Made by a program: the position numbers and the translations under genes. Positions 49,557 to 59,734 of a stretch of 64,000 nt of DNA are shown here, piece after piece. Source of the DNA: Dendrobates tinctorius (lineage: Eukaryota); the NCBI RefSeq assembly GCF_039654945.1, contig NW_027362003.1, forward strand, positions 1-64,000, given 5' to 3'. Numbering within the stretch: position 1 is the first letter of the stretch; every line of letters starts with the position of its first letter. The notes below the pieces were generated by a model. It was given only the letters and a program-made list of their open reading frames with translations, made no database searches and was not told where the DNA came from.

Positions 49557-52500
49557 TTATATCCAGTCAGTGACTCCACTCAGCCAGTCATCCTCACTAG
49601 ACTCAGGTGCCTGATAATCAGGCTCATCACCTTCCTCCACCAGAATAGGGAGTTCACCACACCTCAGTGACGAAGGGGAAAACGAACTCACAACAGTACC
49701 TCCCCCTTGAGGAGGGGTCACCGAACCCTCAACCACGCCACCAGGGCGATCAGGGTGAGCCCGATGAAAGGCACGCACCAATCTTTTGGCATGAATATCA
49801 GAGGCAGAGACCCAGGAATTATCCTCCTGACCATAACCCTTCCACTTAACCAAATACTGGAGTCTCCATCTAGCCAGACGGGAATCCAGTATTTTCTCTA
49901 CCTCATATTCCATGTTCCCTTCAACCAATACAGGGTCTGGAGGTGCCACCCCAGGAACAACTGGTTCAACAAACCTCTTCAACAAGGACTTATGGAACAC
50001 ATTATGGATTTTAAATGTGACCGGAAGAGCCAAACGAAAAGAGACCGGATTAATAATCTCCAAAATCTTGTAAGGTCCAATAAATCTAGGCTTAAACTTA
50101 GGAGAAGCCACCTTCATAGCAATATTTTTTGATGATAACCACACCATATCACCAATCTTAAACTGGGGACCAATGGTCCTATGTCGATTAGAAAACCGCT
50201 GGGCCTTTTCCTGGGAGAGAGATAACTTATCCACCACTTGGTCCCAGATCTGGTGCATTCTCTCCACCACAGTGTCAACACCTGGGCAGGCAGAAGGCTC
50301 CACCTGCCCTGAAGAGAATCGAGGATGAAACCCAAAGTTACAAAAAAAAGGTGACATCAAAGTGGCAGAACTAGCTCTATTATTTAAAGCAAATTCGGCC
50401 AAGGGCAAAAATGAAACCCAATCATCCTGATCAGCGGAAATAAAACATCTCAAATACGACTCCAAGGTCTGGTTTGTTCTCTCTGTCTGCCCATTGGTCT
50501 GAGGGTGAAAAGCAGAGGAGAAGGACAACTGAATTCCCAGCTTGGAACAGAAAGTCCTCCAAAATCTAGACACAAACTGAACTCCTCTGTCAGATACAAT
50601 GTTCTCAGGAATCCCGTGCAAGCGAACCACCTGTTGCAAAAACAGGGGCACCAACTCAGAGGAAGATGGCAACTTAGGGACTGGTACAAGATGAACCATC
50701 TTAGAGAACCTATCACAAATCACCCAAATAACAGTCATTCTTTGAGAAACCGGCATATCAGAGATGAAATCCATTGAAATATAGGTCCATGGCCTCCTGG
50801 GGACCGGCAAAGGCATCAACAACCCACTAGCGCGAGAACAAGATTTAGACCGGGAGCAAGTCCCACAGGACTGCACAAAATTCCTGACATCATGAGACAA
50901 GGTGGGCCACCAAAAAGAGCGACTCACCAGATCTCTAGTACCACAAATACCTGGATGACCAGCCAATGCAGAGCAATGAACTTCAGACATCACTCTCTTC
51001 TTCCACTGGTCAGGAACATACAACTTTCCACTGGGACAACGCTCAGGTTTGTCCTCCTGGAACTCTTGCAGAGCAAGTCTCAAATCGGGCGAGATGGCAG
51101 ATAGAACTACCCCTTCGCCTAAGATGGTAGCAGGCTTGTTCACCACAGGAGAATCAGCAAAGAAACTCCTAGAGAGGGCGTCTGCCTTGACATTCTTAGT
51201 TCCAGGAAGAAAAGAGACCACAAAATCAAAACGTGTAAAAAACAAGGCCCACCTAGCCTGTCTAGGGTTCAAGCGTTTAGCCGACTCTAGGTAAATCAAA
51301 TTCTTGTGGTCAGTGAGGACCACAACTTGATGTTTAGCTCCCTCCAACCAATGTCTCCACTCCTCAAATGCCCATTTTATGGCCAAGAGTTCCCGATTCC
51401 CCACATCATAGTTACGTTCAGATGGAGAGATCTTTCGGGAAAAGAAAGCACAGGGATTCATTTTAGATGTTACAGGATCCTTTTGGGACAAAACAGCTCC
51501 TGCATCAATCTCAGAAGCATCCACCTCTACCTGGAACGGGAGTGAGACATCAGGTTGCCGCAAAACCGGGGCGGAGGTAAATCTTCGCTTCAGCTCCTGA
51601 AAGGAAGCAACAGCCTCCGGAGACCAATTCAACACATCAGCACCCTTCTTAGTCAGATCAGTCAATGGCTTGGCAATACTAGAAAATTTTGCTATGAATT
51701 TCCGATAAAAATTAGCAAAACCCAAAAACTTCTGAAGGGCCTTCAAAGAAGTGGGCTGAACCCAATCATAAATGGCCTGTACCTTGGCCGGGTCCATTTC
51801 AATAGTTGACGGAGACAAAATAAATCCCAAAAATGAAATCCTCTGTACTCCAAAAAGGCATTTAGATCCTTTGACATACAGGGAATTCTCCCTCAAGATC
51901 CGGAACACAGTCCGAATATGTTCCACATGAGAATCCCAATCCTTGGAGAAGATCAAAATATCATCCAGATAGATAATCAAAAATTTATCGACAAAGTCTC
52001 GGAAAATATCGTTCATGAAGCACTGGAAGACAGAAGGGGCATTAGTGAGCCCAAAAGGCATCACCAGGTACTCAAAATGTCCCTCCGGAGTATTAAACGC
52101 CGTCTTCCATTCATCCCCCTGCTTAATGCGGATAAGATTATACGCCCCCCTGAGGTCAAGCTTAGTAAACCAGCAAGCACCTCTAACTCTAGAGAATAGA
52201 TCCGAAATCAGGGGTAACGGATACTGATATTTAATAGTAATTTTATTGAGGGCACGATAATCAATACAAGGCCTTAAAGAACCATCCTTTTTGGCCACAA
52301 AAAAAACCCCGGCACCTAAGGGTGAAGAGGATGGTCTAATATGACCCTTCTCCAACGCCTCCTTAATATAGGACCGCATAGCCTCGTGCTCGGGTACAGA
52401 TAAATTGAAGAGCCGACCCTTGGGAAATTTACACCCCGGGCTTAGTTCAATAGCACAGTCATAACTCCTATGAGGAGGCAAGGACGCAGACTCATTCTCA

Positions 52501-52745
52501 CTAAATACATCATAAAAGTCCGCCAAATAGTCAGGAACATCATGCGACTGAGGAGAGGTGGAAAAAACCGGAGCCTCACTAAAGGCACACCGACAACCCC
52601 AACTCACCACAGACACAGACTTCCAATCCAAAACTGGATTATGAATTTGCAACCAGGGAAACCCCAGAACAACGGCATCATGCAGACCATGCAACACCAA
52701 AAATCTGCAATTTTCTTGATGGTCTGGGGCGACCCGCATGACCAC
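49557..52745 (-). CDS. Gypsy pol: RT, RNase H, integrase, chromodomain (1062 aa open)
   Basis: LRPCIDYR, YLVMPFGL, YLDD, VDAS, TDHKNL, SMDF...SDRG...NGQTER, GPY, YEVEKILDSR...YLVKWKGY. Confidence 0.95.
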   Translation of the reverse strand: MVMRVAPDHQENCRFLVLHGLHDAVVLGFPWLQIHNPVLDWKSVSVVSWGCRCAFSEAPVFSTSPQSHDVPDYLADFYDVFSENESASLPPHRSYDCAIELSPGCKFPKGRLFNLSVPEHEAMRSYIKEALEKGHIRPSSSPLGAGVFFVAKKDGSLRPCIDYRALNKITIKYQYPLPLISDLFSRVRGACWFTKLDLRGAYNLIRIKQGDEWKTAFNTPEGHFEYLVMPFGLTNAPSVFQCFMNDIFRDFVDKFLIIYLDDILIFSKDWDSHVEHIRTVFRILRENSLYVKGSKCLFGVQRISFLGFILSPSTIEMDPAKVQAIYDWVQPTSLKALQKFLGFANFYRKFIAKFSSIAKPLTDLTKKGADVLNWSPEAVASFQELKRRFTSAPVLRQPDVSLPFQVEVDASEIDAGAVLSQKDPVTSKMNPCAFFSRKISPSERNYDVGNRELLAIKWAFEEWRHWLEGAKHQVVVLTDHKNLIYLESAKRLNPRQARWALFFTRFDFVVSFLPGTKNVKADALSRSFFADSPVVNKPATILGEGVVLSAISPDLRLALQEFQEDKPERCPSGKLYVPDQWKKRVMSEVHCSALAGHPGICGTRDLVSRSFWWPTLSHDVRNFVQSCGTCSRSKSCSRASGLLMPLPVPRRPWTYISMDFISDMPVSQRMTVIWVICDRFSKMVHLVPVPKLPSSSELVPLFLQQVVRLHGIPENIVSDRGVQFVSRFWRTFCSKLGIQLSFSSAFHPQTNGQTERTNQTLESYLRCFISADQDDWVSFLPLAEFALNNRASSATLMSPFFCNFGFHPRFSSGQVEPSACPGVDTVVERMHQIWDQVVDKLSLSQEKAQRFSNRHRTIGPQFKIGDMVWLSSKNIAMKVASPKFKPRFIGPYKILEIINPVSFRLALPVTFKIHNVFHKSLLKRFVEPVVPGVAPPDPVLVEGNMEYEVEKILDSRLARWRLQYLVKWKGYGQEDNSWVSASDIHAKRLVRAFHRAHPDRPGGVVEGSVTPPQGGGTVVSSFSPSSLRCGELPILVEEGDEPDYQAPESSEDDWLSGVTDWI

Positions 52746-52751
52746 CTGGTT

Positions 52752-53749
52752 CTAAAACTGAGGTTTATTTTTAGCCAAAGGAGTAGCATCAATCCCCCTC
52801 AAAGGGATAGGCGTCTGCAGAGGTGTCATCGGAAATCCACAACGTTTAGCAAAATCCAAGTCCATTAGGTTTAGCGCTGCTCCCGAATCCACAAAAGCCT
52901 TGGCGGAAAATGTGGACAGGGAGCAGATCAGAGTAATTGCCAGAAGAAACTTAGGTTGAACACCACCAACAGAAAACGTGTGTGCAAAGCGTTTCTCTCG
53001 TTTAGGCAAACAGAAATAATATGCGAGGCATCTCCACAGAAAAAACACAGCTTATTAAGCCTTCTGAACTCCTGACGTTGCGCCTTAGACAAAACTCTAT
53101 CACATTGCATAGGTTCAGACGTCTGTTCAACCGGTGGCAACACCTCTCGTGCAATCCTGCGTTCACGTAAACGCCGATCAACCTGAATGGCTAATGACAT
53201 AGAATCGTCCAGACCAGAGGGAACAGGAAATCCCACCATAGTATCTTATACGGCTTCTGACAAACCCTTCAGAAAGAGAGCAGCCAAGGCATTATCATTC
53301 CAGGTAGTAAGGACCGCCCACTTTCGGAACTTTTGACAGTACAACTCTGCAGAATCTCGACCCTGGTTTAATGCCAACAGGGTCTTTTCAGCCTGATCAA
53401 TAGCATTAGGTTCGTCATACAACAACCCCAAAGCTTGAAAGAATGCGTTCACATTAGTCAGAATAGGATCATCTGGTTTCAAAGAAAACGCCCAATCCTG
53501 GGGATCGCCACGCAGCAAAGAGATGACAATTTTAACCTGCTGCGCAGAGCTCCCTGGTGAGTTAGGCTTCAAGGCAAAAAATAATTTACAATTATTTTTG
53601 AAACTCAAAAATTTAGATCGATCCCCAAAAAATACATCATGTGTAGGGATCTTTGGTTCAACAGCATGCGAATGAGCAAGGTAGGCGGAAATTCCCAGCA
53701 CTTCCGCAGCGAGCTGCTCCACACGATCAGACAATTGCTTTATCTCCAT
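52752..53749 (-). pseudogene. Gypsy gag and protease with in-frame stops at 53246 and 52752
   Basis: SLLRGDPQDWA capsid-like motif, CFFCGDASHIISVC zinc knuckle, FVDSGA protease. Confidence 0.9.
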
Positions 53750-55601
53750 TGAGAGAAAAAAAAAATTCCCCCTACGGCCTCAGAGATATAGAGGAAAGAA
53801 TATACACACACTTTTTTTTTTTTAAAACCCAATTATTTCCTGCTATTGAGTACCCTAGGATCTGCGGTATGGCGGGTGATTCTGTTATGAATGAGTCACT
53901 GTAGGGGGCAAAAACATAACTGCTAGCTAAGTCCAGAAAACCAGAGAGGTTGGCAGCTATCGGATTGTAGACCCCTGATCCTATCACAACAACTAACAGT
54001 AGCCGTGGGGGGTTCCTACGATGCCCTAGACCCCTCGATCACAGCCGTAGAATTAAATAGGCCTAAAGAAAGAAAGGGGAAATCTAAACTGCCCCAGAGC
54101 AGACCCCAAAGCAATAGGCAGCCCCCAACATATAATGACGGTGAAGCAAGATGAAAACACTAACACAGACAGAAAGATAGACTGAGCAAAGACTACCAAA
54201 CTACCTAGATAGGAAAGGACAGGAAGGCTGATGTCTGCAATCCGTTAAAAACCCTATGAAAATAAGAGCCAACAGACTGACAGTGAAAAAGGCCCTGAAG
54301 ACGCTAGGCTTCAAAAAAGCTATGTCAGTACTCAGGAATATTCTGAAGACAGAGCAACCGGCAAAAGGAGATTCAGCTCATCCCAGCAGGGAATGGCAGA
54401 ATCCAGAAAAGCAAGGAAAACAAAAACAAAACATAAATGCAAACAGGCAAAGCAGAAAACTTAGGTTTAGGGAAGCAGGAATCAGACTGGTGTCCTAGAA
54501 GTCCACAGAGAAATCACCCGCAGGGCAGAAGGGCGTCGGCAGCCTTATATTCAGTCAGTGACTCCACTCAGCCAGTCATCCTTACTAGACTCAGGTGCCT
54601 GATAATCAGGCTCATCACCTTCCTCCACCAGAATAGGGAGTTCACCACACCTCAGTGACGAAGGGGAAAACGAACTCACAACATATTTCCATAACATAGG
54701 TATGGTGTTCTTTGGATGCAACACAGCATTCTTTCTCCTCCAAACACGACGAGTTTTGTTTCTACCAAACACTTCTAATTTGGTTTCATCAGACCATATG
54801 ACTTTCTCGCAATACTCTTCTGGATAATTGAAACTTCAGACGGGCCCGAACATGTACTGGCTCTTTTTATATGTTCTTTTTGTTTGTGTAGAACAGCATT
54901 ATTGAATTTGATCTAGATGCCATAATTTGATTTATGTATACTTCTAGGAAATCATTGTTTGATTGGAGTAGTTAGACATACTTCTTGCTTATGTTTTGCA
55001 TCTCCTACAAGGGATTAACTTTTGTTGATGTACTAGCTTAAGCAGGGGGACACGTCTGGCATTGAAGGATTTGAGTCCCTGGCGGCGTAGTGTGTTACTG
55101 ATGGTAGCTTTTGTTACGGTGGTCCCAGCTCTATGCAGGTCATTCACTAGGTCCCCGTGTGGTTCTGGGATTTTTGATCACTGTTCTTGTGATCATTATG
55201 ACCCCACAGGGTGAGATCTTGTGTGGAGCCCCAGATCGAGGGAGATTATCAGTGGTCGTGTATGTCTTCCATTTTCTTATTATTGAACCCACAGTTGATT
55301 TCATCACACCAAGCTGCTTCCCTATTGCAGATTCAGTCTTCCTAGCCTGATGTAGGGCTACAATTTTGTTTCTGGTGTCCTTCGACTACTCTTTGGTCTT
55401 CACCATAGTGGAGTTTGGAGTGTGACTGTTTGAGGTTGTGGACAGGTGTCTTTTATACTGATAACAAGTTCAAACAGATGCCATTACTACAGGTAATGAG
55501 TGGAGGACAGAGGAGCCTCTTAAAGACGAAGTTACAGGTCTATGAGAGCCAGAAATCTTGCATGTTTTTAGATGACCAAATACTTATTTTCCACCATAAT
55601 T

Positions 55602-56124
55602 TACTTAGTAACATAGTTATTAAGGTTGAAGGGAGACTTTAAGTCCATCTAGTTCAACCCATATCCTGTCCTAATCTGCCCTAACATGTTGATCCAGAGG
55701 AAGGCAAAAAAAACCCATGTGGCAAACAGTAAGCTTCACATTGGGGAAAAAAATTCCTTCCCGACTCCACATACGGCAATCAGACTAGCTCCCTGGATCA
55801 ACGCAATATTAAGGAAACTAGTGTATATACCCTGTAATATTATACTTTTCAAGAAAGGCATCCAGTCCCTTCTTAAATTTTAGTAGGGAATCACTCATTA
55901 CAACATCATATGTCAGAGAGTTCCATAGTCTCACTGCTCTTACAGTAAAGAATCCGCGTCTGTGAGTATGCTTAAACCTTCTTTCCTCCAGACGTAGAGG
56001 ATGCCCCCTGTCACCGTCACAGGTCTAAGAGTAAAAAGATCATTAGAAAGGTCTTTGCACTGTCCCCGCATATATTTATACATTGTAATAAGATCACCCC
56101 TAAGCCTTCGATTCTCCAAACTAA
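55602..56124 (-). mobile_element. CR1 LINE 3' fragment
   Basis: RT tail (RGHPLRLEE...FFTVRAVRLWNSL), 3' UTR and short tandem tail. Confidence 0.88.
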
Positions 56125-56352
56125 ATTACATAGTTACATAGTTACTTTGTTTTGAAGGCTGAAGGAAGACCTTATGTCCATTTAGTTCAGCCTGTTTTTA
56201 GTGCAGCTGTTCTGCATTGTTGATCCAGGGGAAGGCAAAAAACCCACAGAGTAGCAGCCTATTTTCTCCATAGAGAAAAAAGTTCCTTCCCCTAAGCTGG
56301 GTCAGCCATCTACCTATAATATTCTGTTATTCGTAACCTTCTATACTGTTAC

Positions 56353-57759
56353 TCACAGAAAAGCCTCCATTCCTTTCTTAAATTCATTCAGTGAGTTGGC
56401 CATCACCACTTCCTCAGGAAGAGAATTCCAGAGCCTCACTGCTCTTACCGTGAAGAACCCTCTTCTATGCTGGTGCAGAAATTGTCTTTCCTCCAAACGA
56501 AGCGAATGCCCCCTTGTTCTTGTCACAGTCCTTGGTACAAACAGTTCATTGGAGAGATGTCTGTATTGCCCTCTGATATACTTGTACATATATATTAAGT
56601 CTCCCCTAAGTCTTCTCTTTTCTAGAGTAAATAGACCTAATTTTGATAACCTTTCTGGGTATTGTAGTGAACCAACTCCATTTATCATTTTAGTAGCCCG
56701 CCTTTGAACCCTTTCAAGTTCAGTAATGTCTTTCTTGAGCACCGGCGTCCAAAATTGCACACAATACTCCAAGTGTGGTCTGACGAGTGATTTGTACAGA
56801 GGGAGAATTATGTTTTCATCTCGTGTCCCCAGACCTCTTCTAATGCATCCCATGACCCTATTTGCTTTGGTGGCAGCTGCCTGACACTGGGCACTCCAAT
56901 TTAGCTTCTTATTGACTAAGATGCCTAAGTCTTTTTCCATGTCTGATTTCCCCAGCAGTTTCCCATTTAGTAAGTAATTGTAGCATCTGTTTTTCCTTCC
57001 CATGTGCATAACCTTACACGTATCTGTGTTAAACCTCATTTGCCATTTTTCAGCCCAATTCTCCAATTTACTCAAATCTGTCTGTAGTTGCAAGCTGTCC
57101 TCCTTTGTGTTAACTACCTTACATAGTTTTGTATCATCTGCAAATACTGATATTTTACTGTGTAAGCCATCCACTAGATCATTAATAAATATATTAAATA
57201 GTAGGGGGCCCAATACAGACCCCTGTGGTACCCCACTAGTAACCCTGGCCCAATCTGAGTATGCCCCATTAATAACCCCTCTTTGTTTTCTATCACTAAG
57301 CCAGCTACCTACCCATCTACACACATTTTCCCCTAGCCCAAGCTTTCTCATCTTACTTACCAATCTTTTATGTGGGACAGTGTCAAATGCTTTAGAGAAG
57401 TCGAGATAAATGACATCCAATGATTCTCCTTGGTCCATTTGAGAGCTTACATCCTCATAGAAGCTGATCAGGTTAATTTGACAGGAGCGATCCTTCATAA
57501 ATCCATGTTGATATGGAGTTAAACATTTATTAACATTGAGATATTCCATAATGGTATCCCTTAGAAACCCTTCAAAAATTTTACCCACAACAGATGTTAA
57601 GCTTACCGGCCTATAGTTTCCAGGTTCCCTTTTACACCCCTTTTTGAATTTTGGTACCACATTTGCTTGCCGCCAATCAAAAGGAACAGACCCTGCTTCT
57701 ATAGAGTCTTTAAATATAAGGAATAGAGGCCTGTCTATGACATTACTTAACTCCCTTAA
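56353..57759 (-). CDS. CR1 ORF2 reverse transcriptase portion (open fragment)
   Basis: NYRPVSLTS, YLDFSKAFD, SGVPQGSVLGP, FADD. Confidence 0.92.
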   Translation of the reverse strand, partial: LRELSNVIDRPLFLIFKDSIEAGSVPFDWRQANVVPKFKKGCKREPGNYRPVSLTSVVGKIFEGFLRDTIMEYLNVNKCLTPYQHGFMKDRSCQINLISFYEDVSSQMDQGESLDVIYLDFSKAFDTVPHKRLVSKMRKLGLGENVCRWVGSWLSDRKQRGVINGAYSDWARVTSGVPQGSVLGPLLFNIFINDLVDGLHSKISVFADDTKLCKVVNTKEDSLQLQTDLSKLENWAEKWQMRFNTDTCKVMHMGRKNRCYNYLLNGKLLGKSDMEKDLGILVNKKLNWSAQCQAAATKANRVMGCIRRGLGTRDENIILPLYKSLVRPHLEYCVQFWTPVLKKDITELERVQRRATKMINGVGSLQYPERLSKLGLFTLEKRRLRGDLIYMYKYIRGQYRHLSNELFVPRTVTRTRGHSLRLEERQFLHQHRRGFFTVRAVRLWNSLPEEVVMANSLNEFKKGMEAFL

Positions 57760-59238
57760 CCCCTTCCTCACATCCGACGTACTATCCCGTCCACGGTACC
57801 CGGGCCCGTATGACCGTGGACGGGATAGTACGTCTACCGCGATCAGCGGCGCCCACGTGGTGAGCGCCGCTGATCGCGGCCGGGTGTCAGCTGATTATCA
57901 CAGCTGACACCCGGCACTATGTGTCAGGGGCGGTCACGGACCACCCCCGACATGTTAACCCCTTGCACACCGCGATCAAACTTGATCGCGGTGTACCGGG
58001 AGTTAAAGGGAAGCATCGGCAGGGAGGGGGCTCCCTCCGTGCTTCCCTGAGCCCCCCACGGCAGCGCAATGTGCAGCGCTGCTGCGGGTGACTCCTATCC
58101 TCCAGGCCCCCCAGTCCAAGATGGCGACGGGGGCCTTCGGGGACCTGAGGAAGCTGGCTTCCTCAGTGCCTGCAAAGCGCAGGCAAGAGGAAGTCTTCTT
58201 CAATGCCTGTGACAGATTGCTGATCTGTCACAGTGATCTGTGATGTGACAGATCAGCGATCTGTCACAGGACAGTGATGTCCCACCTGGGACTAGGTAAT
58301 AAAGTAAAAAAAAAATTAAAAAAAAATGTAAAAATAAATTTAAAAAAATCGCCAAATAAATTAGAAAAAAAAAAAAAATATTCCCTCAATAAATACATTT
58401 TTTGGAAATAATAAAAAAAAAACTAATAAAAGTACACATATTAGGTATCGCCACGTCCGTAATGACCCGCCCTATAAAACTGTCCCATTAGTTAACCCTT
58501 TTAGCGAACCCCTTAAAAAATAAAAATAAAAAACGAAGCAAAAAATAATGATTTATTATCATACCGCCAAACAAAAAGTGTAATAACGCGCGATCAAAAA
58601 GACGCATATAAATATCCATGGTACCGCTGAAAACGTCATCTTGTCCCGCAAAAAACGAGCCGCCACACAGCATCATCAGCGAAAAAATAAAAAAGTTATA
58701 GCTCACAGAATAAAGCGATGCAAAAATAATTATTTTTTATATAAAATAGTTTTCATTGCATAAAACCGACAAAAACATAAAAAAACGACCTAAATGAGGT
58801 ATCGCTGTAACCGTACTGACCCGAAGAATAAAACCTCTTTATCAATTTTACCGCACGCGGAACGGTGTAAACGCACCCCCCCAAAAGAAATTCATGAAAC
58901 GCTGGTTTTTGTTCATTCTGCGTCCCAAAAATAGGAATAAAAAGCGATCAAAAAATGTCACGTGCCCGAAAATGGTACCAATAAAAACGTCAACTCGTCC
59001 CGCAAAAAATAAGACCTCACATGACTCAGTGGGTCAAAATACGGAAAAATTATAGCTCTCAAAATGTGGTGATGCAAAAACTATTTTACAATAAAAAGCG
59101 TCTTTTAGCGTGTGACAGCCGCCAAACATAAAAACCGCCATAACTAGTAAGTCAAACCCCCCGTTATCACCCCCTTAGTTAGGGAAAAATAATAAAACTA
59201 AAAAAAAAGTATTTATCTCCATTTTCCCGTTAGGGTAA

Positions 59239-59605
59239 GGCTGTGTGCACACGCTGCGGATTAGGTGCGGATTCATCCGCGCGGATTTTGTAAAATCCGC
59301 AGGTGAAACCGCAGGTCAAAAGACCTGCGGATTGCTCTGCGGTTTTGTCCTGCGGTTTTTCATCTCCTCAATAGAGGAGATGGCAAACCGCAGGAGAATC
59401 CGCAGAAAGAATTGACATGTCAATTCTTTCTGCGGATTGAAAACCGCAGATAATCCGCGCGGAAAATTCCGCACCGTCTGCACTGCGGTTTTTGATTCCC
59501 ATAGGGAATCATGGTACTGTACACCGCAGCAGAAACTGCTGCGGGTCCGCAGCAGCCAAAACCGCTGTGGAACCGCAGCAAAATCTGCAGCGTGTGCACA
59601 CAGCC
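59239..59605. mobile_element. Harbinger-like MITE
   Basis: TIRs ggctgtgtgcacacgctgc / gcagcgtgtgcacacagcc, flanked by TAA and TTA. Confidence 0.75.
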
Positions 59606-59730
59606 TTAGGGTTAGGGCTAGGGTTAGGGCTAGGGCTAGGGCTAGGGTTAGGGCTAGGGTTAGGGCTAGGGTTAGGGCTAGGGTTAGGGCTCAGATTAAG
59701 GTTAGGGGTGTGTTGGGGTTAGGGTTGGAG
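59606..59730 (+). repeat. Interstitial telomere-like (TTAGGG/CTAGGG)n array
   Basis: Directly visible. Confidence 0.9.
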
Positions 59731-59734
59731 TTAT

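Larger units (their letters stand above)
48892..54683 (-). mobile_element. Full-length chromoviral Gypsy (Tf1/sushi group) retrotransposon; LTRs at 53883-54683 (5') and 48892-49695 (3')
   Basis: Highly similar ~800-bp TG...CA LTRs; PPT AAGGGGGAGGTAC; gag-PR-RT-RH-IN-chromodomain order; TATTTC duplicated at both junctions. Confidence 0.97.
48308..54696. mobile_element. Solo LTR (~590 bp: 48308-48891 plus 54690-54696) hosting the Gypsy provirus
   Basis: TGTT...AACA termini; 4-bp TSD TAGG at 48304-48307 and 54697-54700. Confidence 0.7.
47693..55601 (-). mobile_element. Degenerate Tc1-like transposon split by nested LTR insertions (own sequence at 47693-48307 and 54697-55601)
   Basis: TIR cagtggagaaaaaaagtatttagtcagcc; the transposase text rejoins across the TAGG duplication. 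Confidence 0.85.

Noticed and set aside
49256-49670. Short plus-strand ORFs duplicated at 54256-54658
   Set aside because: Antisense frames within the two LTR copies
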